A DNA stretch of 64,000 bases from the NCBI GenBank assembly GCA_035084275.1, contig CM068755.1:12648001-12712000 (forward strand). Reading direction: 5' to 3'. Under the pieces are notes generated by a model. That model had not been told where the DNA came from, searched no databases, and saw nothing but the letters and a program-made list of their open reading frames with translations. This DNA is from Hydrolagus colliei (Eukaryota). A program made the position numbers and the translations under genes. Position 1 is the stretch's first letter; each line of letters starts with the position of its first letter. Below, one piece after another: positions 52,041-62,727 of the stretch.

Positions 52041-52256
52041 ACCTCACCTCCTTCATTGCTTCCTCCAAGGCCCATCCCAAGACCTTCCTCTTTGAGGTAT
52101 ACTTTCGATCAACTTCCTACCTCCAACCCATTTGGCCTCCACCCTGCTTAACTTCCAGGCTCCTGCTCAAGTGAAAACCCTTCACTGTCTTCCACCTGGG
52201 ATGTCCTCCTATCATGCAAGGCATTACATAAATGCAATATGTTGTTTGTTGTTGTT
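52041..52256 (+). mobile_element. L2 LINE 3' end
   Basis: SFIASSKAHPKTFLFE (L2 C-terminal FK..LKT.LF), C-rich UTR, GGGATGTCCTCC...ATAAATGCAA(TTG)n. Confidence 0.75.
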
Positions 52257-53115
52257 AATGAGCAGTGCTACACTGTGTTGTTGGTTCGTTGAGTACACAT
52301 CCTGTAAAAGACAACTTCACTGCAGACAATTGAAGCTGTGTAAAAATATTCAACATAATTCACTACATATCTACAAATAATTAAGAAGCGAATTGTATCT
52401 GGGGGCATTTTTTTTGGCATTCCTTCCTGTCCAGTACAAATTTTTTTTTAAGAATTTTTTTTTAAATATGGAAAAAGAAAACAATTCTGCTGTCCAGAGC
52501 CTACAGGAATGCTGAAGCCCGTCAATGCAGAAGGAAATTAAATTAAATTAAACCGCATTTCACTGCTGTTCACTAGACCAGAGTAAAGTGCACTAAAGGA
52601 GTTAACAGTTTCATTTGCGACACACTAAACATCTTATAAGTCACTAAGTAAACTGAGGTTCATTTTAAGTTTAACTCGGTGACCCCTCCCAGTACAGCTC
52701 ATTCCTCTATCAGTTAGTGGTTTAGTGGCCGATACTAGAGGCGCCTCACTGTAGTTAGTTTGCCCTACTTTGAGATAAAAAGCTCAAGGTTACCTCTCTG
52801 GCTGGACCCTTATTTACAATCAGAAGGTGGGATAAGGACAACTAATAAGATTGCCTCTTTATGACATTTCCTCAGTAATGTTGCATCAAAAAGAGTTACT
52901 AGTGACAGCAATTTTCTTGTCCAAAATCCAAACTATTTAATAATTTCAGCTCCCCTTTATATTGGTGCTGTCTTGTGTAACTTTCGCTTTACTTGGCAAT
53001 GCAGAGCTGGGGTTAGGTATCCCTTTCCTCGTGTGGTCATATGTATTAAGCAAATTTCAGTCTGAACTAAGAGGAGATTTTCACTTTTTTGCACCATGTA
53101 CTAGGATTTTGGGAC

Positions 53116-53187
53116 AGTGCCTTGGGATGTCCTCCTGATGTGAAAGGCACTCTATAAACGGAATTTTGTTGCATTTTGTTGTTGTCG
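53116..53187 (+). mobile_element. L2-type 3' tail abutting the Tx1 fragment
   Basis: GTGCCTTGGGATGTCCTCCTGATGTGAAAGGCACTCTATAAA...(TTG)n. Confidence 0.75.
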
Positions 53188-54560
53188 TTTTGTACAGACC
53201 AAAAATCTGTCATAAGCCTGCTGGGCATTTGCGACCAGTTTGAGCAAGCCTCAGGTACCAAGGTCAACTGCCAGAAAAGTAAGGTGATGTGTTTTAGAGA
53301 CTGGAAAGAACACAGTCACATACCATTCAAGGTGAGGCCAGAGTACATCAAAGTCCTCAGCATCTGGTTTGGGGCTGCTGGGGCTAGCCAAAACAACTGA
53401 GAGGAGTGTCCATGTATAGCAAGGAATAAACTAGTGATGATGCACCAGCCCTCGGAGTCCATCAATGGAAAAAACCTGGAGATAAAGTGTGAAACCCTTT
53501 AGGTGTTACTGTATATGGCCTAGGTCTGACCTTATGACCAAGAACAATGTCACTGCAATCACCAGAGAGGTCTTCCAATTGATCTGGAGGTCCAAGATGG
53601 ATCATGTTTACAGGGACATGATGCACGACAACACGGAAAAGTGGGGAAGAGGGGTGCCCAACGTATCCCTGATCCTAATGGCCACTGTTGTGTGTAGCTG
53701 CCTGAGGGCAGTGCCTGGAATGTTACTACACTGGCAACAAATGCCGCTAGATGCTGGGCTTCCTGCCTGTACCCGATGCTAAAAAGAGTGGGTCTGGCAG
53801 AACTGCCTCGAAACGTTCCGCACAGTTGGAGTGTACCGAAACACCTGTCCTGAATGCAGAAAACCCTGAAAAATACTATCCCAAACCTCCATGCAATCAC
53901 CACGTAATCTGTGCAACAGGTAGTCAAAACGGTTTGAAAGGGGTGAGGGCAGGCCTATTTAGGAGGTACCCTGAGGTGACAGCCAGCTATGTCCAGCAAA
54001 ATGCATTGTCACCGACCCTGACCAACAAATATCATAACATGACCTGGCTGGCCATAATAGGGGCCCTCCCACTCAGGTCATTCATGCAGAAGCGACATGT
54101 GAGCCAGTCAGCACTCTGCCCTCAGGATGTCTGCAGAGGCGAGGAGATCACGGACCACCTCTTCTTGGAATGTTGCATGGGAAAGGCAATTTGAAAAAGG
54201 ATGGAATGGATACCCTCATGGTTTGCCCCTGGGAATCCGCTGTCACAGCATTCGGTGCTGTACGGCCTCTTCCCCCGGCACTCACAGCGAAACCCGCATT
54301 GAGTGTGCCTGGACGATCATAAACTCGGTAAACTAAGCCCTTTGGCACTCCCGAAACTTCTGGCAGATCGAGGGGACAGTGAGAGCCTGTCTCAGCCCCG
54401 TGCACTCGAGGATATGTACTGAGGTACAAGCTGATGTGCGGCTGAACCGTGGCAAAAGCCAAACGGGGCCTGACCCTGGCAGGAGATGCCACTGGGCAGC
54501 CCACAAGTGTCCCCAAAACAGTCTGGTAGAAAATGTGAAGCTACAGGAGTACACTCGATA
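53188..54560 (+). mobile_element. Decayed Tx1-clade (L1 group) LINE ORF2: RT C-terminal part to CCHC zinc knuckle
   Basis: Across frameshifts: FCTDQKSV..ICDQFEQASGTKVNCQKSKVM..IPFKVRPEYIKVLSIWFG; ITREVFQLIWRSKM..GRGVPNVSLILMAT; LTNKYHNMTWLAIIGALPLRSF..CPQDVCRGEEITDHLFLEC (Cys/His knuckle); VLYGLFP/GTHSET..WTIINSVN*ALW. These match Tx1-type ORF2 as recalled. Confidence 0.85.
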
Positions 54561-57500
54561 TTTAACCAAAGAGCGTCCTGAAAATGTACGGCAAACATGT
54601 GCGCGTACTGTGCACACCTGCCCGCCTTCTGAAAGCGGCAGGTGACCTTATCAGGGCGTGTGTGGGCGCACACATGGATGTGGTGCACATTGGGGTTACT
54701 CCCAACTATTTTAAAGGAAATGTCCCATAAAAAAATGTGTGCACACCCTGTGAGCGGAGAAGAAATGTACTGTTTTAAAATCAAGACGTTTAATCAGTCA
54801 AGTCGTATTCTGGGTGAACATTCGTTTTTTTTAAGCTCATTTACCTTTGTAATTCTAGGCATAGTGTTTTGCATGCTTTAACAATGGCAAATGTGGCTTA
54901 TGTATATCGTGAACCATGATTTATAAAAGTATTGTGTAAAATACCTAGCTGGAGTGGTGACTGAGCTACATTTCACGGTAATCATAATCCAAAGTTGATT
55001 CATTAACAACTAAGTCTATCATACGTATTTCAGTCGATATCATTAAAACTTTCTGACATTCTGCAGTTCTGCCACATGTTCAAATTAGAGCCAGGCATTA
55101 TGTTAACTGAGTGAAGAAGTCCAAACATATTTCCCAGCTAACAGCTGGGCATTGTGCAATTTGGGTGGCAAAACAGACAGCAGGATTTTAGAAATAAACA
55201 TTCAGGAAGATAAGCAAGCAAAATGCTTTAAACAAAAGTTAATGTTGACCCCCTTGATGTATTGAGTTTGTCATGTTATAAAGAGTGATAATAAAAACTG
55301 TGATAGTTCCCTTTCTTTTCTGCATTACACAAAATTGCAGTTATATTGAAGCACGCAGTTCATACTGTTTGCGGTGAATCAGAACAACATGCTTTTGAAT
55401 ACACCCACTATTGATCAGGTAAATAAGTAACAAAAGTATGATAGTCACCCATGAAAACTTTGATTTTGTTTGCAAAGAATGGACCAAACCCATGATTTCA
55501 CCAGTTTTTCCATGTAGAATAGTTCAAAACCTTGCACATTTTTAAAATTCCTTTACCAATGTATTTTCCCCCCACAAAACTGGATCAGGAATGTTTTGCT
55601 GATGCGAACTGGTTTAACAAGCTTAACCACAAATAACTTGAAATCCTGAGTAAACCAACTGGGGAGGGATAGTTTCAAATATCTAACTTCCCCACCCACT
55701 CCCCATGGTTGAAAAACTTTTCTAGAAACAGACTTTTTTTTTGCATAATGCGATCTTGATTAAAACCAAAGTTATCCCAAATCAAGGTTGGCAACATTTT
55801 GGGGAGCAAGGCAAAAACGAAAATGAGATATGGAATGGATTTAAGATGATTTTGTGAAGGATTATGTTAGGTTTATGCAGTATTTTCTACTCCTCCATAA
55901 TGATAAGCAAACCTTATCATTAATGATTACTTTCATCACAACCTGATGAAAGGTTGTTGAGCGCTGAACAGTTATGAAAAGTTGCTATAAAAATGCAAGT
56001 TCTTTTCTTTTTTATGAGATTGAGAGGGAAGTGTATGACATCATCATGCTCTTGCGACTTAAATCATGATGTTTTACTCCACATGTGGATGTTGAGGAAA
56101 ACCATGTTAGGTTTGTTTTCTGTATTTAATATGTTCTTAGTTTGAACTTAACTTATTTTTGAAAACTATAGACACGCTATAATTCAACAAACCCCATCAC
56201 ATTTATATGTTGCCAGGAACAGCTCAATGGGGTGAACTATTTTGAAAGTTCAGGTACAAATAAAAGATAAACCGTAGAGCACATATTAACCCTGTGAAAA
56301 TGAAGGGATTTATAGAAAATTCTAAAGTGTACTAATTCAAAGAGATTATTAATAACACATTTATTATTCCCACAGCATTCTACATGTCAGTAGATTTAAC
56401 CAAATTGAAGCTGGGTCACACATTGCACAAGTTGGTAAATTGACAGACAAGTGAACAATAAGGCACTTTGAAATAACGTTTGGAGTTAAATTTCAGAGTG
56501 AATCCTCCTTTAGCTGAGCCACCTTTAGCACAATGTTTCAGCAGGTCATTTGGTAGCAGCATTGCAGTATGAACACACCTCAATATTCCTTTTAATCCCT
56601 TCAAATTTCTCCAGTGGTACGATAGACAGTCTTAAAGTTGGAACATTTGAATGGTCAGAATGAGATACAGGGGCCAAATGACCATTTCATTTTGAAATTT
56701 ATGATTGGGTAGAATTGCGGAACAGTAAAACAATTATTGTAAATTTTTTGCTGTTCTTAAAAAAGAAGCAGCTTTCAAATTCAAATCGACTTGAAGGATT
56801 ATTATGCAATTTCAATTTTAAGACAACATGGTCTAAGGTGAGATAGAATTCAGGCTTCGAATTGGAAGCTATAGACCTCCTTTGTCTAAACCTTGGGCCA
56901 TCCTATGAACTCTTGCTTCCTGTATCAGTTTGGTTCAGGGATGTTTACTGTACGTTTGAAGGTCACCACCGCAGGGTGCAGTGCCTGGTTTACAGTACTA
57001 TGACAAGCAATACTTTCATGAGGACCATTTCACGAAGTGGATTGGCACTTTGTTTTAAGGAATTTCCATGGAAGGATATTTTCTTACACTGAAGCATGGA
57101 TATTGCAAATCTTGGCTTACAGTATTAACAAACAAAAGCTGCATTATACTGTGGATTGTTCCCCATCATATTGCTTGAAAACATATTTTCAGGTGAGTGA
57201 ATGAGATTAGCCTTAGTTCAACAGACTTAGGATCTCCAGCCAGAGCAAGAACTGTGAATTCTGCTGTTGGTGATCATTAATAAAACATTTAGATAGAAGA
57301 ATGACAAGCTAATAGTAATAGGATGTTACTTGCAGCATCAATCATTTGTACTTATGCTTTTGTTCCTCTTTCTTGTGTTCAGGTTGACTGACATGGCAAA
57401 CATGTGGTTCCTATGCTCGGACTGCTGGGGAGAGGAATCCAGTCACCACCCATTCAATGCTCCAAGTACTCTTTTGTCATGCGAATGTGGAGACCTAATT

Positions 57501-58121
57501 ATAAATAGTGGCATCTCTGAATCTTACTGTCTTCTGTCCAATGTACACACAATAACACTGACACAGACTTAAAAGGCAGGAGAAAAGACACCCTAAGACT
57601 TCATGAATCTAATCTAAACACCTCCCTCTTTGGAAATGTCAAACGTATCTCATCAGACAAAACAGGCCTTAAAGAATACCGTTCTCTCATCCCTTCTTCA
57701 AGCCCTTTAGCAGAGATGGGGATTTAATTTTTTAAAAAAAATTACGTGTACTCCACAATGACTAACAACAAACAATCTTTCTGTTTACAAAAGGCCCTTT
57801 TTAACGGGGGAAGGATATGGATAAGGTTCTGGACTCTAAAACCAGAGAGTGAGAAATGATATATCGTGCTTAAGGTTTGCCTGAAATAACTGAGTAAACT
57901 ACCACATGTGTTTCTTATACAGATTATACCCCGCAGGGCCGTCATATGGGATGTCAAATAATTGCAAAAAAACTGAACCGTGTCTAGAGTTACACACATT
58001 GCAAACGATTGTTGAAAGAAGCCTATTAATAAACTTCCAAGTACTACAAGTAATAAAAAATACATACAAGAAGAATAGCTGCAATTATTAATACAGGTAA
58101 TTATAAATAATAAATAATCCT

Positions 58122-58429
58122 TATAATAATAAACTTTGCATTTAATGTAGTGCTTTTCACATCTTCTAGACATCTCAAAGCGCTTCCTAGAAACTGTAAA
58201 ATTAATTGACTGTATACTTGTGGGCGAAACGGGACAGTCAATTGCGCACATCTGTGTCCTATAAACAGTCGTGGATTAGTGACCAACTTTATAAATTATT
58301 ATTTTCTTGAGGGATTATTATCAGGCATATAGAGTAAGGAAACTTGTCCAAGGTTTTGTCCTACTATGAATTGAACCCTGGTCTTTCGCATGCGAGGCAA
58401 CTGCTCTTATCACTAAGCTACAGGACTCC
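58122..58429 (-). mobile_element. Full-length tRNA-derived SINE (tRNA-Ala-like head)
   Basis: Reverse complement begins GGAGTCCTGTAGCTTAGTGATAAGAGCAGTTGCCTCGCATGCGAAAGACCAGGGTTCAATTC, followed by the same body and tail as 35042-35365. Confidence 0.9.
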
Positions 58430-59295
58430 ACATTAGGAACAGTATCTCAGGAGGACATCTCAAAGTGCATCATATAATTTACTATAAAGTTTAGTTTCTG
58501 CATTTTTATAGGCAAATGTAAAATAATTTGAGCAAGGCAAGGGAGAAGAGGTTTAACATAGGCTTTTAAATAATAAAAAGTCTAATATATTCTATCTTCT
58601 GCAATAAGAATCTCACATTTCTGTTGGCTTTACTAAGCCTGATTAATACATTAGTATCCAATAATATACCTGTACATATAATTCATTAAAACTAACCGTG
58701 AATGTTTTTCATGCTAAAGCATTTGCTTTTTCATATGTTTAATGAAATACGATTGATGTTCAGATTCATGAAAAGTTGCAAAGGCTTGATGAGTTATGTT
58801 GCTGAGATTCTGTTCAAAATCTAATGCTTTTCTCATATCTCCATAGATATAAATCCATAATCACATTATTGTGGTCATCCCAATAGGAGGCTCTCATCAT
58901 CCCTGAACAGCAATAGGAAGAAAATGATTTATCAGGAACAAGTCGAGGAAGGGATTGCACCTAAGACTAAACACAAGGTTCACTAGAGATGCTCATCTCT
59001 GCTGTTCAACCATGGAAGTCTTGTCACTCAAGTGAAAAATCCTCTACAAAGCCATGATGCGTTGGAGGGACTCATCATCCAAAGGACATAAATGCAGTTT
59101 CTTCAACTGACTCAGCACCAATTCATGCAGAAGAAGATAGATTGAGATCTCCATTGCATGACCTGTGGGCCACTTTGAGAGGAATGGCAAACTCTGTTTG
59201 TTCAACAAGGTGTGAACCAACAAAATGATTCATAATGCTAACATAATGTTGCAGGATATTATATTACATTGTGCATTTCAGAGCTAGAGATTTGA

Positions 59296-59386
59296 CTTAT
59301 ACTTTACAGTAAATGTTGTGAAGTGTTTTGAGATATTTTGATAGCGTGATAAGATGCTATATCAAATGCAAATATTATTATTATTA
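59296..59386 (+). mobile_element. SINE 3' fragment (TTA family), older
   Basis: ACTTTACAGTAAATGTTGTGAAGTGTTTTGAGA...GCTATATCAAATGCAAATATTATTATTATT. Confidence 0.75.
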
Positions 59387-61929
59387 AATATTATTATTCC
59401 AAGTAGAAACCTTACAGGAGAACTGTACAATGTGGGAAGCATATGTTTAACTGGCACAGCCATCAAAATAATCTAAAAAGTTTGTATGCTGTTCATATTT
59501 TACATATATAATTTACATTAATTTGATAAAGTAAGAGCTGGTAACAAAGGAACAATTATTACAGTCAAATTGATCCATTTAAAATGAATTAGAATGTTGA
59601 ACAAATTCATTATATGTCCCATTGAAGGTAAACAGTCAAGATTACATGTTCGCTATATGTCTTATGTTTGAAAGAACAATAAATGAATAAAAGTTTTCAT
59701 TGTACGTAAATTAATTTTCATGTAATGATATGAATAGAGCGGAGGAATAATCCAAATAAGATGTTACGTCCATAACAGTGTTCGGTTGTTGAGGCAGAAA
59801 ATGCAGGGAAATAGCCAATATATGGATTAAGTTATACAACATATATGAATAGCATTGCCATAGTAATGATTGGCAAGCAAGGGTCTCAGATAAATTGGAA
59901 AGCACAACGTCAGATAAGGGTCTTGTTTTTAATTAGATATTGTGATATTGCTCTTCTTAATGATATATTGAAAATGTCAGCACCAAATGTCATCATTAAC
60001 CACAAAACACTGACCATGGCCAAATGGTCAAACATTCCGAAGTGACATTTCAACTTCATCAACTGACCAGGTAGGAAAATCTACCACTATATGGCTAGAA
60101 ACAGGAACCGAGTAGGTCAGGTCCTTCCATTCAACCTCTTGACCTTTTACATTTTTACCTTTTTTTTCCCAATCACCTTTGGATCACACCTTTCATTTAT
60201 TCTACAGAAAGTGTCTCATTCCTCTCAGCTGGAAATCTGGAGCATGTGGAATGTTATGCCTACGAGTATCCAAATTTCATACACATCATATTCCTTCTAA
60301 ACAGGTATCAAAATAATGATGGAGGATAAAGGATTTTCAAGAACTTTGCCAGTTCAAAAAAATTACCATTGGATCTCCAAGTACCACAACTCGTATGGTA
60401 TTACAGGTAAACTCTTGAAATGTCTCCTAATAACTAACATCGAAGCAATTCATCCTGTCATGCAAATGGTGTGGTCTGAACTTTTCCTGCATATTCACTG
60501 GTTTAGCACAACTGTTGCAATACAGTGACTCAGGGGAAGAACAATTAACTGAAAAATAGGTAGATACAACAAGAGGCGACTGGTGAGATTCACAGACATA
60601 AGGCATTTTACTGCCAGCTCTCAGCAGTGTTTTCGGTTTGTGGATGCAACTTGACAGATATGGATGCAGATTACTTTCAACAATAAGCTACAGGATGCCC
60701 TGTCAGTTTTCTGTACAACAATCTGTCGACTTGTTATTGTGGTGAGAATGTTAGATACCTTCTCTGGCAGGCGTTGGAGGGCGAGCACACATGTAACATT
60801 GGCATAAAGTGAGATTGCTGAGCTTGCAACAGTGATTAGTTACATACTTGGTCCCAATTGTGCATCCCCCATCGTCTTTAAGAATGTGGAGTAGGAGAGG
60901 GAAAAATGGCTTACACTTAAACGTATCCAATTGGGGTAATATAATACAGAATTTTTCACTTAGGTGCGGTGGGGCGAAATTTGTGATATATCATAACAGA
61001 TTCCACACGACTTCACTTTATCAACCTCAAAAGAGTGAAGGTTGAAGGGACCCATCATTTAGATAGAGGCTGTGACATGCACTGACAAAGTTACCCCCAT
61101 CTCACAGTTACACAAGATGTAGAGGAAGGCAAGGCAAGGCAAGCTAATGGAACCATTGCAGCTAAGGCATGTACAAGGCATGCATTGCAACATACACAAA
61201 CAAATGCAGAGGTGATAGAAATTGATTAATTATGATGGAACCTATGTCCTAACAGATATAGCAGTAGCCTGATTTAGCCGAATACTTTTAGGTCAATGCA
61301 ACAGCCAATATACACTCAGAATCTAAACAGCACAAACAAAATGCGCAACTAACCATTTCATTGGGAGTGCAGCAAACTTTCCTGGTCCTTCAGGCTTGGG
61401 AAGTTGTGTGGTGGTGAGTTCATGCAGGATAGCAATGATAGCAATGTCATTCTTCACTGAATGCACAATTTTGTTTATCTTTCTTGTAAATTTACAGTCG
61501 ATTAAGCAAATTTAATCAGATGCACAATGCCTCAGGTGTTCGTTCTATTGATGTACTTGCTCACAAATTAGCTTCGTGTCTGCTCAACTAATAATTCGCT
61601 TAAAATGTATGACGACTGCTTTGAGGTCATGACCAAGGTACATTGTGAAATGCTTTAAGAGAATGGAGGTTATTTCTTTTCTTATAAACTCATGAATTGG
61701 CTAATTCCAACTGCCCAACAATTCGAACAGATGGAATGATGCAGCAATGGGGATCGACATGGACAACATGTTGCATTGGGGGTGACAGCTGTGGAGTGTT
61801 ATAGTGTTAGCCATTGTGGTTAGTGTCCTGGTAACATGGTGGGATGCCACTCGTGCTGGTAACAATGCCAACAGACCTTGCAGAAGCTGTAACCTTAACT
61901 GTAGAAAATAGGCTCGAGCAACAGTTTTG

Positions 61930-62010
61930 ATGCTCCTTCCGAAGTGAAAGGCAAAATGTCCTTCCGACGTGAAAGGCGCTCTATAAATGTAATTTTTGTT
62001 TGTTTCTGTT
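61930..62010 (+). mobile_element. L2-type 3' tail with internal tandem duplication
   Basis: TCCTTCCGA(A/C)GTGAAAGGC occurs twice, then GCTCTATAAATG...TTTGTTTGTT. Confidence 0.7.
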
Positions 62011-62122
62011 CTTTACTGCATATATCCAGTTCAGCACCAAAGTGAGAATCTTCGACAATGGACATTTCAGAAGCCTCAGATGCAAGTTACGAAACAGTCT
62101 TGAGGCTGTTAAGAGATCTGTT

Positions 62123-62200
62123 GCTAATACAACAACGACAACATGCGTTGTTGTATTAGCCACCAAGATACCACCCCTCACAGAGGGTGGTATCTTGGTG
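62123..62200. repeat. Two abutting perfect inverted repeats (15-bp and 16-bp stems, 8-nt loops)
   Basis: GCTAATACAACAACG-acaacatg-CGTTGTTGTATTAGC (62123-62160) immediately followed by CACCAAGATACCACCC-ctcacaga-GGGTGGTATCTTGGTG (62161-62200). Confidence 0.97.
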
Positions 62201-62270
62201 AGATGAACAATTGTGGTTTAACACCAAGCAGAAGGAGATAGGGGAGGTGATTGTAGGCATGATCGAAGAG
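62129..62270 (-). mobile_element. Probable L2 3' end whose terminal stem-loop region is replaced by the twin hairpins
   Basis: ACAACAACGACAACATGC resembles the L2 tail ACAACAACAACTTGC; downstream ACACCAAGCAGAAGGAGATAGGGGAGGTGA...GATCGAAGAG resembles an L2 3'UTR. Confidence 0.5.
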
Positions 62271-62687
62271 TAAAGTGTGCAGGACTTATCTGATCTGATC
62301 TTAGTACTGTAATGATGTTCAATCCGGATTGTCTCTCTGAATTTGGAAGGTACTGCAATAATGCTTCATTTCTCAATTCATAAACTGATACAAGTTAAAC
62401 ATTGCACAACTCTGGTAAGATTACAAACTGCATACCTTGCAAACAAACACTCATCTGGAGAGGAGAGAAATCTTATATTTTATAAAGCCCCATCGTGTTA
62501 ACACATGAACGAAAGGGAACAAAATGTTGGATGAAATACCCCCATTAAATTCTTGTAGGGCTAGTTGTACACTTCATAGACAATGGTCCTACCTGATTGA
62601 GGAACATTTTAACTCAGTCAGGCATTCTTTTCCCCTCCCCCACCACCCCACCACCCCATTGCCTGACAACTCTTTCCCCTGTCAAAA

Positions 62688-62692
62688 GCCCC

Positions 62693-62723
<31 letters not shown>

Positions 62724-62727
62724 ACAC
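62688..62727 (+). repeat. Poly-C run followed by (CA)n
   Basis: About 22 C then (CA)n, directly visible. Confidence 0.9.

Noticed and set aside
57742-58251. 169-aa minus-strand ORF
   Set aside because: Starts inside a SINE and runs through its (TTA)n tail into AT-rich flank.
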